A stretch of DNA of 64,000 nucleotides, taken from the NCBI GenBank assembly GCA_965217115.1, contig OZ244239.1, positions 1,984,001 through 2,048,000 on the forward strand. Direction: 5' to 3'. Both the position numbers and the translations under genes were made by a program. The stretch comes from Bdellovibrionales bacterium (GTDB taxonomy: Bacteria > Bdellovibrionota > Bdellovibrionia > Bdellovibrionales > CAYMLA01). Each line of letters opens with the position of its first letter. Within the stretch, counting starts at the first letter, position 1. Below are positions 48,506 to 58,717 of the stretch, piece after piece. Below the pieces are notes generated by a model. The model saw only the letters and a program-made list of their open reading frames with translations. It did not search any database and was not told the origin of the DNA.

Positions 48506-48794
48506 CAGAGAGTAGGATAGTAAAGTGGTCTGATGAACGGCGTGGGCTGAATAGAGCCTGAATAGAGCCTGGACGGAAGAGAGATGGAATCGACCAATGT
48601 CCAGTGGTTGTGATTATTCAACACAGAGCTAGACAGAGAGTTTAGAAAAAGAAGGCCTGTTTATGTGGCGAGATTTATCATTTTAAGACATTTCTGGCCT
48701 TTTGTTAGATGTTAGAGGGCTAAAATTTTTAAGAAAAACTATCCTGACATAGGTTATTTACCGAAGAGTTAAAAGTACTTAGGGGTTTGGTGAT

Positions 48795-50489
48795 ATGGCA
48801 GGAAAAAATTTTCTTGGGGATGAACTCGTCAACGCTGGCTTGATTAATTTAGATCAATTGCAGGCAGCTGAGAAAGAGAGAAAGAAAGTTGGGGGACACC
48901 TCAACACAATTCTTATAAAAATGAAGGCCCTAGATGATAAAAAGTTGATGACTTTTCTTGAGAGAAAGTATCAAGCGCCTTCTGTTGATTTAGGAAATTT
49001 TAAAATACCTAAAGAAACAATTGCTTTAGTGACTCAAGAAATCTGTGAAGAGCATGTTTTAATACCTATTTCCAAAGTGGGAAAAACGTTGGTTGTGGCC
49101 TTTTCAGACCCGAGTAGTTTGTCTTTACGTGATGATCTCTCATTTCTAACTCGTTGTAAAATTCAGGTCGTATTAGCATCAGAGTACGCTATTTTGGCTT
49201 CTATCGAGAAATACTATGGTAGAAAAGAAGTTGAGTTGAGTTCTTTTGAGTCAAGTGATGTTAATAAAATGGCATCTGCTAAGGTTGAATTTTTAGGTGA
49301 TAGTTCCTCCAAATCAGATGAACCTATTGTTCAGTTTGTAAATGCTATTTTAGCAGAAGCCATTCGCAAAGGGGCTTCAGATATTCATATCGAGCCTTAT
49401 GAGAAAAAATTTCGTGTCCGTTATCGTATCGATGGATCCTTGCAGGAGACGACAGCACCTCCATCAGGAATAGCATCATCAGTTTCGAGTCGTATTAAGG
49501 TAATGTGTCGTATGGATATTGCTGAGAGAAGACGCCCTCAGGATGGTCGTCTCAAAGTGTTGACTCAAGACAAAAAAGAGATTGATTTTCGTGTGAATAC
49601 AGTTCCAACACTTTTTGGTGAAAAAATAGTCATGAGAATTTTGGATAAATCTACTCTACAAGTGGATATGACAAAATTAGGATTTGAAAGAGATGATTTA
49701 CAAATTTTTAAGGAAATTATTAATAGACCTCAGGGGATGGTTTTGCTCACCGGTCCTACGGGTAGTGGGAAAACAACGACAATCTATTCTGCTTTGGCAG
49801 AGTTAAATCGTAATGAGGTAAATATTTGTACGGCTGAGGATCCTGTTGAATTTAATTTAGAGGGTATTAATCAAGTTCAGGTGAATCCAGACATTGATCT
49901 TACTTTTGCGAATTCACTGAGGTCATTTTTACGTCAGGATCCAGATATTATAATGGTGGGTGAGATACGTGATTTTGAAACAGCAGAAATAGCTTTTAAG
50001 GCGGCATCGACGGGGCATATGGTTGTAAGTACACTTCACACAAATGATGCTCCTGCGACAATTTCGCGTTTGGTTGATATGGGTGTGGCTCCTTTTATGA
50101 TCACATCGACTATTTCTATTGTGGTTGCGCAGAGACTTGTTGGGAAGATTTGTGAAGACTGTAAAACACCATCTCCATCTGTAACAGCTGAGGTATTGAT
50201 TAATTTGGGTGTTTTAAAAGAAGAAGTGGAGGATTATAAAGTTATGGAGGCAAAGGGCTGTAATTTTTGCTTTGGTACGGGTATTAAAGGGCGATTGGCC
50301 ATTTTTGAAATGATGACGATCAATACTGAAATGAAGGAAGCTATTTTATCTGGTGCTTCTCCAGTGGGTATTCGTAAAATAGCTTTTAAGTCAGGAATGA
50401 GAACCCTACGTCGAAGTGCTTTATTAAAACTAAAGGCGGGACTAACAACTGTGGAAGATGTCCTAAACTCTTCAATTAAAGACAATTAA
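48795..50489 (+). CDS. pilB: Type IV pilus assembly ATPase
   Basis: ASDIHIEP, DIAERRRPQDGR, GPTGSGKTTT, AEDPVE, LRQDPD, Zn motif CEDC...CNFC. Confidence 0.95.
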   Translation: MAGKNFLGDELVNAGLINLDQLQAAEKERKKVGGHLNTILIKMKALDDKKLMTFLERKYQAPSVDLGNFKIPKETIALVTQEICEEHVLIPISKVGKTLVVAFSDPSSLSLRDDLSFLTRCKIQVVLASEYAILASIEKYYGRKEVELSSFESSDVNKMASAKVEFLGDSSSKSDEPIVQFVNAILAEAIRKGASDIHIEPYEKKFRVRYRIDGSLQETTAPPSGIASSVSSRIKVMCRMDIAERRRPQDGRLKVLTQDKKEIDFRVNTVPTLFGEKIVMRILDKSTLQVDMTKLGFERDDLQIFKEIINRPQGMVLLTGPTGSGKTTTIYSALAELNRNEVNICTAEDPVEFNLEGINQVQVNPDIDLTFANSLRSFLRQDPDIIMVGEIRDFETAEIAFKAASTGHMVVSTLHTNDAPATISRLVDMGVAPFMITSTISIVVAQRLVGKICEDCKTPSPSVTAEVLINLGVLKEEVEDYKVMEAKGCNFCFGTGIKGRLAIFEMMTINTEMKEAILSGASPVGIRKIAFKSGMRTLRRSALLKLKAGLTTVEDVLNSSIKDN

Positions 50490-50506
50490 TTAAAAGGGAG
50501 TTTGTT

Positions 50507-51727
50507 ATGGCACGGTTTGTTTATTTAGCAAAGAATATATCTGGAAAGATGGTTCGAGGCTCCATAGATGCCATTAATGAGAAAGAAGCACGCGTTCGAT
50601 TGCGTTCTCAAAGTTTAATTCCCCAGAAAATAGCTAAATCTACGAGGGAAAAAAAGGCTCAATCAGGTAGTAGTCTTTTTGGTCCACCTCCTGTGAAGAG
50701 TAAGGATCTACAGATCTTTTTTAGACAATTTTCAACGATGATAGAATCGGGTATAACTGTGGTGGAGTCTTTGGTTATTTTAGGAGAAGGCGCGAAGAAG
50801 GGAACTTTAAAGACCACGATTATTCAAGTAGGGCGCTCTATCGAAACAGGAAGAACTTTGGGGGAGGCTATGGCTATGCACCCCAGGGTTTTTGATCGTC
50901 TTAGTGTGAATATGATAAATGCAGGGGAGGATGCCGGTGCTCTGGATAAAATTCTTAATAAAATTTGTGAGTATATTGATAAATCAGAAGGCATAAAGAG
51001 AAAGGTTAAGGGGGCTTTGGCCTATCCAGTGATTGTTGTTCTAGTGGCGATTCTTGTGATTGCGTTGCTTTTGGTATGGGTTGTGCCTAAATTTATGGAA
51101 ATGTTTGCTTCATCAGGTCAAGAGGCACCTTGGTTAACAGCAATGGTGGTGGATTTGAGTAATAGTTTAACTAATCAATGGTACTATTTTGTGGGTGTGA
51201 TTGTAGGGGTGGTGTTTTTTTCAAAAACCTATTTTAAAACTAAGAAGGGGGCTTTTAATCGAGATAAGCTTTTGCTTAATCTGCCCCTTTTTGGAAGTTT
51301 AGTGAAAAAATCCAGTGTGGCGAGAATGTCGCGAACGTTAGCGACACTACTCTCTTCGGGGGTGAGTGTTTTAGATGGTTTGACCATGGCTGCCAAAACC
51401 TGTGGCAATGCGGTTATAGAACAGTCATTAGAGAAGGCAAAGGCATCGATTTCTACGGGTAAAACGATTTCGGGACCTCTGTCTGAGGACAAAGTCATTC
51501 CAAACATGGTCGTGCAAATGATAGCGGTGGGTGAGGAGTCGGGAACGATGGATGTGATGTTGGGTAAGGTGGCTGATTTTTATGAGGATGAAGTGGATAT
51601 GGCGGTTGAGACCTTGGGAAGCTTAATTGAACCTATTATAATGGTTGTTCTGGGTGGAGTTGTTGGTGTGATTGTGGTGGCGATGTATCTTCCTATTTTT
51701 CAAATGGCAAATGTGATAGGAGGTTAA
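50507..51727 (+). CDS. pilC: Type IV pilus platform protein
   Basis: FRQFSTMIESG, AGEDAGAL, ALAYP, GEESG, IEP, AMYLPIF. Confidence 0.95.
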   Translation: MARFVYLAKNISGKMVRGSIDAINEKEARVRLRSQSLIPQKIAKSTREKKAQSGSSLFGPPPVKSKDLQIFFRQFSTMIESGITVVESLVILGEGAKKGTLKTTIIQVGRSIETGRTLGEAMAMHPRVFDRLSVNMINAGEDAGALDKILNKICEYIDKSEGIKRKVKGALAYPVIVVLVAILVIALLLVWVVPKFMEMFASSGQEAPWLTAMVVDLSNSLTNQWYYFVGVIVGVVFFSKTYFKTKKGAFNRDKLLLNLPLFGSLVKKSSVARMSRTLATLLSSGVSVLDGLTMAAKTCGNAVIEQSLEKAKASISTGKTISGPLSEDKVIPNMVVQMIAVGEESGTMDVMLGKVADFYEDEVDMAVETLGSLIEPIIMVVLGGVVGVIVVAMYLPIFQMANVIGG

Positions 51728-51731
51728 AAAC

Positions 51732-53399
51732 TTGTTTGATCGTCGTGCTCCTAAAGTATACAGGATAGGGGGAGAACTAGATAGTTCTCAGATGTTTATT
51801 GTGCAAGCTGTTCGCATAGGGTTTCTCTGTGCGATTTTAATAGTGACTTTAATTTCCCAATCTCTACAGTCACGTTTTATTAATCTATGGACGATTTTAC
51901 CTATTTACGGCGTTCTATTCTTTTCATTTTCTATTAATTTAGGTTATGTTTTAAATTTTAAAAAATGTGAAAAGATTCTTTGGCTTCCAGGGTTGTTATT
52001 TGCCCTGGAACTTCTATCGGTGAGTTATCTGGTTTTTCAATCAGGCGTGGGTCAGTCGATATTTCTCTTTATGTATCTTGTTAATATTATTCTGTGTGGG
52101 TTTATTTATCAGCAAAAGGGTTCTTTTTTATTGGCGAGCGGATCATCTTTGCTATTTGCTCTTGTCTTGGTGATTGGCCCACAAATGAGTGAGCAAACGC
52201 TATTTTACACTTGGGCTTTAAATAACACGGCCTTTTTATCTGTGGCTTGGCTGAGTGGTTATTTAAGTGAGCAGTTGAGTTCTATGGGTGGTGAGTTAAA
52301 AGAAAAAGGCAAGAATTTATCTGCGTTAAAGAATATCAATCGCCTGGTGGTTGAGAATATTCCATCAGGTTTATTAACCGTTGATATGGATGGGCAAATA
52401 TTGCAAGTGAATCGAGCGGCCCATAAAATCTTGCAGGTGGATCACTTGGGAGGTAAAAACCTATTTGATATTTTTAATGGTATTCGAGAATTGTTGGATG
52501 GATTATTAGTATCTGAAGCCTCAGATAAGAGAGAGACTGTTCGCTTTGATTTTAATTATTTGAATGAGATGGGAGAGAAATCAATTCTATCATTTTCTGG
52601 AGCTTATTTTGAGAACCCAGAGAGAAGCATGGTGGGAATTATTTTAATCTTTGAAGATCAGACGAGATTAAAACACTTGGAATATGCTATGCGGCAATCT
52701 GAGAAATTAGCGGCCGTGGGGCAATTAGCTGCGGGAATGGCCCATGAGATTCGCAATCCTCTGGCGAGTATGAGTGGAAGTATCCAAATGTTGAATATGG
52801 ACGCTAAAAGTGAAGATGAAAAACGCCTGATGGGAATTGTTTTAAAAGAGACAGATCGTTTAAATAATTTGATCACAGAATTTTTGGATTATGCCCGCCC
52901 TGATCAACCGGTGAATGATCCTGTTGAGTTAAATTCTCTGATGAAAGAGGTCTGGGATTTGAGTTGCTTGAATTTAAAAGAGCGTTCAGATATTAAGATT
53001 GAAATGATTTTAGATGGTGAGGGTGAGATACTGAGTCATCGGGACAAATTGAAGCAGGGGCTTCTCAATATCGTGATGAATGCCTGTCAGGCAATGCGTG
53101 AGGTAAAGAGACCTCTCCTGCGAATTCACACTTGTAACCGTGGTGACAAGTTACAGCTGTCTATTAAGGACAACGGTTGTGGGATGTCAGATATAATGAA
53201 GAAGCGTATGTTTGAGCCTTTTCACACAACCAAGCATGGTGGGACAGGTCTGGGTTTAGCGGTAACCCATAAGATTTTAGAGAACCATGGGGCCTATGTG
53301 TCCGTTGAGTCTGCTGAGGGAATTGGAACGGAGTTTCTTTTAGAGTTTCCCCTTTATGGAAGTAATGTGATCGCTCTTAATCCGAATTTGGGCAAATAA
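51732..53399 (+). CDS. pilS: Sensor histidine kinase PilS
   Basis: About 6 TM helices, PAS (IPSGLLTVD), AHEIRNPL, EPFHTTK, GTGLGL; between pilC and pilR. Confidence 0.85.
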   Translation: MFDRRAPKVYRIGGELDSSQMFIVQAVRIGFLCAILIVTLISQSLQSRFINLWTILPIYGVLFFSFSINLGYVLNFKKCEKILWLPGLLFALELLSVSYLVFQSGVGQSIFLFMYLVNIILCGFIYQQKGSFLLASGSSLLFALVLVIGPQMSEQTLFYTWALNNTAFLSVAWLSGYLSEQLSSMGGELKEKGKNLSALKNINRLVVENIPSGLLTVDMDGQILQVNRAAHKILQVDHLGGKNLFDIFNGIRELLDGLLVSEASDKRETVRFDFNYLNEMGEKSILSFSGAYFENPERSMVGIILIFEDQTRLKHLEYAMRQSEKLAAVGQLAAGMAHEIRNPLASMSGSIQMLNMDAKSEDEKRLMGIVLKETDRLNNLITEFLDYARPDQPVNDPVELNSLMKEVWDLSCLNLKERSDIKIEMILDGEGEILSHRDKLKQGLLNIVMNACQAMREVKRPLLRIHTCNRGDKLQLSIKDNGCGMSDIMKKRMFEPFHTTKHGGTGLGLAVTHKILENHGAYVSVESAEGIGTEFLLEFPLYGSNVIALNPNLGK

Positions 53400-53578
53400 A
53401 TAATAAGCCGTTTTTAAAACTCTTATCTTACTCGGAGCAGCAGTGTCCTGATTATAAGGCATTTACTAGCCCTATTGATGGGTATTTGTAAGGGGTTGCA
53501 AAAATTGTCACTCTGGGTAAGAATGGGACGGGTGGGAATAGAATTAACGTTTCGGTTGGTTTTTGGAAGGAGCTTTAC

Positions 53579-54982
53579 ATGAAGCCGCGTATTTTGGTTG
53601 TTGATGATGAAGAGTCAATAAGAGAGTTTTTGAATATTATGCTTAAAAAAGAAGGCTATGATGTGACCTGCGTTGAAGATGGTCAGATTGCGATAAATAT
53701 TCTTCAGAAAAGAAATTTTGATATGATTATTTCTGATTTACAGATGCCAAATGTAACGGGAATGGAGTTGTTGAAGCATGTGAAGGAAGGGTATCCAGAA
53801 ATCGTGTTCATGATGATCACGGCTTTTGGTACGGCGGACACAGCGGTTGAGGCAATGAAGATGGGGGCCTATGATTATTTGTCTAAGCCTTTTAAGATTG
53901 ATGAGGTGAGAATTAATATCTCCAATGCTCTGCGTGGTCAGAGCTTGGAAGTTGAAAATAAGATATTAAAAAGAGAGTTAGTCCGTGAGTACAGCTTTCA
54001 GAGTCTTGTGGGCAATTCCGATGTTATGCATCAGGTCTTTGATTTGATTAAGAGAGTTTCCCAGGCGCCAACGAATGTTTTGATCACTGGAGAGAGTGGG
54101 ACAGGTAAGGAGATGATTGCCAAGGGGATTCATTACAATGGTCCACTAAAAGATGAGAGTTTTATAACGGTGAACTGTGGCGCGATTCCGGAGTCTCTGA
54201 TGGAGTCCGAAATGTTTGGTCATAAGAAGGGATCGTTTACGGGCGCTGTTAATGATAAAATGGGTTTATTTGAAGCGGCAGATGGCGGAACTTTGTTCAT
54301 GGATGAGGTGGGTGAATTGCCACTATCTATTCAGGTTAAATTATTGAGAGCTTTGCAGGAGAGGGTGATTCGCCGTGTGGGTTCGGTTGAGAATCAGAGA
54401 GTGAATGTGAGAATCATTGCCGCGACAAACCGTGATTTAGAGGCAATGGTCACTGAGGGGACGTTTAGGCAAGATCTCTATTATCGATTAAACGTGATTA
54501 ATATTTTAAGTCCTCCATTGCGGGATAGGAAGGAGGACATTCCCCTTCTAGTGCAGCATTTCCTTAAGAAGCACAGTGAAAAATTAGGCAAAGCCATTGC
54601 AAGTATTAGCGAGGACGCTACGGAGATTCTCTGTGGTTATGATTATCCGGGGAATGTGCGTGAGTTGGAAAATATCATTGAGAGAACCATGGCTTTAGAA
54701 GGGGGAGCCATGATTCTTCCGGAGAGTTTACCCCCGTTTGTGAACACTCCTTCTGGAAGAAAAATGGCTTCGAGCCGTGATATTGAAGTGACATCAGAGG
54801 GCGTGGATTTAGATAAGATCATTGGTCAAATTGAGAAAGAACTCTTGGTAAAGGGGATTCATACGGCTAATGGCGTGAAAAAAAAGGCGGCAAAGCTTCT
54901 GGGGATCAGTTTTCGCTCGATGCGTTATCGTATTGAGAAATACGGTTTGGGAGGATCAGGTGAGGATGAACTGGAGGATTAA
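53579..54982 (+). CDS. pilR: Sigma-54 response regulator PilR
   Basis: REC, GESGTGKE, HKKGSFTGA, C-terminal AAKLLGISFRSMRYR typical of PilR. Confidence 0.88.
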   Translation: MKPRILVVDDEESIREFLNIMLKKEGYDVTCVEDGQIAINILQKRNFDMIISDLQMPNVTGMELLKHVKEGYPEIVFMMITAFGTADTAVEAMKMGAYDYLSKPFKIDEVRINISNALRGQSLEVENKILKRELVREYSFQSLVGNSDVMHQVFDLIKRVSQAPTNVLITGESGTGKEMIAKGIHYNGPLKDESFITVNCGAIPESLMESEMFGHKKGSFTGAVNDKMGLFEAADGGTLFMDEVGELPLSIQVKLLRALQERVIRRVGSVENQRVNVRIIAATNRDLEAMVTEGTFRQDLYYRLNVINILSPPLRDRKEDIPLLVQHFLKKHSEKLGKAIASISEDATEILCGYDYPGNVRELENIIERTMALEGGAMILPESLPPFVNTPSGRKMASSRDIEVTSEGVDLDKIIGQIEKELLVKGIHTANGVKKKAAKLLGISFRSMRYRIEKYGLGGSGEDELED

Positions 54983-55105
54983 TTTCTTTCTGAGGACTTT
55001 TATGGGTTTCATTGAAAACCCGATTTGGCGATATCCGAGATAAGTATCTAGGATCGTTTTGGAGTGACAGCTTAGCCCGTTGTTTTTTTTGCAAGACGTC
55101 CTTTT

Positions 55106-55813
55106 GTGAAGACGATCGTTACTAAATTTCACATTCTATGTTCACCCTTCATCCTTGGAGTAAGGCGAATCCTGCGCAGCTGTGCCCTGTGCAATCGTTG
55201 GTGGGGAGGTGTTTCCTATCTGTGCCGCCGTTGTGAGGGGAGGGTGAAAGACAGGGCCCAGTCTTATTTAGGGTATAGCCAGGAGTTGGGTTTTCCCCAT
55301 TATTACGCCCTTGCTTGGAGGAGCGGGAATGATTGGTGGTTGCGCCCATTTATTTATGGCTTGAAGGGGGGTGGCCCTCGGGAGGTTTTTGAACAGGTCG
55401 CCCGTTTCATTGTTTTAAAAAGATTGGGTGGGAGACTGCCCCAGAGAGTGAGAATAATCCATGTTCCTGGTCACCAAGAGGCGGACCACAGTTTCTGTCT
55501 CTCTAGGGAGGTTGCAAAAATTTTAGGAGTGGAGGTTGAGAGCTGTTTGTTACCAAGTCAGAGTTCCCCCCAAGGTCTTCAGCAAAAGAGCAAAAAAATC
55601 TCTGAGAGACAGAAAGTGATGTTTCACAAAAAACCTGGTTACAAAACAGACCATGGAGAGAGTGTCATTCTTATTGATGATGTTGTAACGACCGGAGCAA
55701 CGGCCAAGGCCGTGTTTAAGGCCTTGGGAGCCCCCCCTGGCTTTGAAGTCTGGAGCCTCGTAAAGAGAATGAAAAAAGACATCCCACAGCCCAGGCGGGG
55801 AGTGTCTTTTTAA
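55106..55813 (+). CDS. comF: ComF-family phosphoribosyltransferase-like protein
   Basis: N-terminal CALC...LCRRC zinc motif, QQKSK..ER, LIDDVVTTGAT. Confidence 0.8.
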   Translation: MKTIVTKFHILCSPFILGVRRILRSCALCNRWWGGVSYLCRRCEGRVKDRAQSYLGYSQELGFPHYYALAWRSGNDWWLRPFIYGLKGGGPREVFEQVARFIVLKRLGGRLPQRVRIIHVPGHQEADHSFCLSREVAKILGVEVESCLLPSQSSPQGLQQKSKKISERQKVMFHKKPGYKTDHGESVILIDDVVTTGATAKAVFKALGAPPGFEVWSLVKRMKKDIPQPRRGVSF

Positions 55814-56838
55814 AACCCCTTCAAACAAGAAACTAAACCGACTCTAAAACTAGAGAGTCTAAAGTCCTCACTGCTGAGGCCTATATCTAAAACAGCTGTG
55901 AGAGATGCTAAAATTGAAATTTCATCATCAAATCCAAGTTGCTTTTTAGACTTAAACTTAAAAACCTCTTTAGAGAGATTAAATCTGTAGGCGACGATTT
56001 CATTTTCACTGCCGATCACTCCTCCTATGGTCATAACTTGAGATTCAAGATTTTTATTTTTAGAAAAATAAAATGTTTTCCCTTTTCTGATGGAACTGTT
56101 GTCTGCAAGCTTAACAGAATTTTTGTCATCTGCATTAAAAACTGTGGACATGTGAGGACCAGCGTCACTATAGAGATTTAAATATAATTTTTCAGTTTCA
56201 AGAGTAGAGTCACTAATATCTTTAATAACGACCACATCAGGATTGATCTTTGAAACTTCTTCGGAATGTAAATTGAATTCAGGTAACACAAGAATATATG
56301 GTTTTAATTCCGGTAAAACCATTCCTTCATGCCATTTAAGGATACTAATTTGTCTCTCCCCTTTAGAGAGACAGCTGCTTATAAGGTTCGCCGTTTTCTC
56401 TAAATCCTTAAGACCTGTTACAACAAAGGACACGTTACCAAAATGACTCATTATGTACCTCCTATCGGTTGAATTTAAGGGGTTATCTTTTTTCTTAAGA
56501 GAGGACAGAGTCTTCTCAATTTGATCTCTCTGGCGAGACAAATCATTTTGAAGTGTGAGAACTTGGTTTAGTCTTCGAGTTAAAAAAAACTCTAGCTCTT
56601 CAGAGTCTATGGATGCGTTCGCCTGTGTCAGATTTTTAATCTCATCTAAGCTAAAACCCAGCATTTTAAGGGTTTGAATTTTTTGGGCTAATTCTATTTG
56701 TGATTCTTGGTAGTAGCGATAGTTGTTCTCCCCTTTAAAATGAGAGATCAACAGTCCCTTCTTCTCATAAATTCTGAGCGCCCTGGGTGAGATGTTTGTG
56801 ATTTTTGAAAACTGTCCTATGCGCAACCAATCGTTCAT
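55810..56838 (-). CDS. MerR-family regulator with C-terminal Mur-ligase-like domain
   Basis: LRIGQFSKITNISPRALRIYEKKGLL, NNYRYY, LGFSLDEIK; C-terminus has VFNADD, KTFYFS and ILASLTAVLDIGL. Confidence 0.85.
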   Translation of the reverse strand: MNDWLRIGQFSKITNISPRALRIYEKKGLLISHFKGENNYRYYQESQIELAQKIQTLKMLGFSLDEIKNLTQANASIDSEELEFFLTRRLNQVLTLQNDLSRQRDQIEKTLSSLKKKDNPLNSTDRRYIMSHFGNVSFVVTGLKDLEKTANLISSCLSKGERQISILKWHEGMVLPELKPYILVLPEFNLHSEEVSKINPDVVVIKDISDSTLETEKLYLNLYSDAGPHMSTVFNADDKNSVKLADNSSIRKGKTFYFSKNKNLESQVMTIGGVIGSENEIVAYRFNLSKEVFKFKSKKQLGFDDEISILASLTAVLDIGLSSEDFRLSSFRVGLVSCLKGF

Positions 56839-56854
56839 TTCAACCTCAACTCTA

Positions 56855-56885
56855 ATGCTAAAGGTTAACCCTAGGTCAAGGTCAA
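56855..56885 (-). promoter_or_regulatory. MerR-type promoter with 19-bp spacer and operator dyad
   Basis: Minus strand: TTGACC-ttgacctagggttaacctt (19 bp)-TAGCAT; dyad TTGACC-TAG-GGTTAA within the spacer. Confidence 0.8.
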
Positions 56886-56941
56886 GAGACTTATTTTAAT
56901 AGAAAACCAATATGACATGTGAAAGAAGATTAAATAGAAAT

Positions 56942-57487
56942 CTATTGGTTTAGTTCTTCAACAACTTTTTTAAGAGCCTTGTTCATAGATTCAAGCATAG
57001 GCTTAACACCTGTTTCAAGGTGTCCTTTCATCATAGGGACCATTAACCCTTTAAAGGTTTCCTTGTGAGTTAGTTTAGTGCCAGAGCCAGATTCTTCAAG
57101 AATAAAAATTTTTTCATTAGTAAAAACGAGGTCTGCAACCATGTTGGCTTTCCATCTAAAGTACCTTGGGGCATCAACCTCTTTAACCACGGGGCTATAC
57201 TTGGGACCATCTTTTCTACCCTTACCTTCTTTACTAACCATTATAATGTCTAACTTTGACCCAAGAGATGGGCTACCACTAATCTTATTCATAGTTGGAT
57301 TCCAGTCATTCCATTTTGGGATGTCCATAAGGACACTCCAAACTTTTTCTGGAGTAGCACTTATTTCAATTTGAGTTTCAACTGTATTCATAGCTTTTCC
57401 TTCAACATATAGATATATGAAGCCTGAGATGAGAAGAATGGATAATACTATAATGGCCTTTTTCATAGTTCCTTTTAAATAATTCAA
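56942..57487 (-). CDS. SRPBCC/polyketide-cyclase-like protein
   Basis: TQIEISATPEKVWSVLMD...WNP, HKETFKG, MNKALKK; N-terminal TM anchor. Confidence 0.85.
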   Translation of the reverse strand: MNYLKGTMKKAIIVLSILLISGFIYLYVEGKAMNTVETQIEISATPEKVWSVLMDIPKWNDWNPTMNKISGSPSLGSKLDIIMVSKEGKGRKDGPKYSPVVKEVDAPRYFRWKANMVADLVFTNEKIFILEESGSGTKLTHKETFKGLMVPMMKGHLETGVKPMLESMNKALKKVVEELNQ

Positions 57488-57870
57488 TAATCATATCACT
57501 GTATCTAGAAGTGGACAAACCACTCTTCATGTAGGCCCAAAGATTAGCTCAATATATTGAAAATAGCGGCCCCCCTTGAGGACGCACGACAAATCAGGGT
57601 CGGCAAGACCGTTTAGGAATTCAACTTACGAAACGTTAAACAAAACAGTCAGTTATGAAGTTACCTGAGCATCACTCACTGGAGTGACAAAAGAGAGCTG
57701 GAATTTTATTTTTTGAGGTTCTTTGTGATAAATAGTGGAACATAGTAATTCTAGCTACTTACCCTAAAGATCGTTTTAAATAGCAAGCCATTTTAAAACT
57801 CTGATTTTTGTGATTTTTAATTCGTCCTGCATTATCTCCTACCCTTGTCGGCCAAGGAGAGTTCACTGCA

Positions 57871-58419
57871 CTAGTGATTGTGCAAGTACTTTTTAGCGAG
57901 CTCCACCCATTTACCGTGATGATGCTTTTTCAAAACATCAATGCACTTTGATATTTGGTTTCGTGGGTGATGAAGGGACTCATTTAAATATTTTAAGGCC
58001 AAGTTCTGTCTCTTCTTTGATTTTAGCTTTTCTAAGGACTTAACAAAATAGCCTGGTTTTCTTAAACAAAGCTTCAACCAAGCATCTTGAAGATAGCTGG
58101 GAGCATCAGCATCGTACTTTATACTTGAGGCTAAACCAGCAAGGATTTCTCCTACCCTTAAAGGGTGAGAGGTTATCAATCTGTCGATATGGGGATAGAA
58201 TAACTTGTTACAGTCATAGAGTTCATCAAACTTCGGGGAGTGGCATATTTTGATGAATTCTTTTTTGGTATCAGGAAAAGTTGATAAAAAAGTGATATCT
58301 CCTTTTCCTGGCATTTCTTTTAAAGCTTCAAGAAGCATTCGGGATTGAACAGATAGTTTTTTCCCTTCTGAGGCATAAACGAAAAAAGGGACTAAAAATA
58401 GAATCAATATCCACTTCAC
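57871..58419 (-). CDS. Secreted hypothetical protein
   Basis: AGGAG RBS, GTG start, signal peptide MKWILILFLVPFFVYA; helical, four Cys. Confidence 0.7.
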   Translation of the reverse strand: MKWILILFLVPFFVYASEGKKLSVQSRMLLEALKEMPGKGDITFLSTFPDTKKEFIKICHSPKFDELYDCNKLFYPHIDRLITSHPLRVGEILAGLASSIKYDADAPSYLQDAWLKLCLRKPGYFVKSLEKLKSKKRQNLALKYLNESLHHPRNQISKCIDVLKKHHHGKWVELAKKYLHNH

Positions 58420-58613
58420 AAATACACGTTCTCCTAAATAATGGTTTTATTACAAACGTCTCTCATAATTTCTTTTCTTTGAGGTCAGTAATAGCAAAAC
58501 TTGAGATGACTAGCTAATCAGTTTTTTAAAAAGCAGTTTTTCCCAGTTCTTCGAGCCTTTTCTCGAAACCAATACACATTTTTTAAAGAAAGGTGTTCGT
58601 AAAGCTTGAAAAA

Positions 58614-58689
58614 TGGCTCAGGCGGAGGGATTCGAACCCCCGACAAGGTGATTAACAGTCACCTGCTCTACCAGCTGAGCTACGCCTGA
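58614..58689 (-). tRNA. tRNA-Asn (GTT)
   Basis: TCAGGCGTAGCTCAGCTGGTAGAGCA-GGTGA-CTGTTAA-TCACC-TTGTCGGGGGTTCGAATCCCTCCGCCTGAGCCA. Confidence 0.96.
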
Positions 58690-58717
58690 ACAACAAGGTG
58701 ACCAAGGTAGCGAGATC

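Noticed and set aside
57565..57615. c-di-GMP-I riboswitch-like words (ggacgca, ggcaa)
   Set aside because: Motif order and pairing do not fit, and no gene lies downstream on that strand
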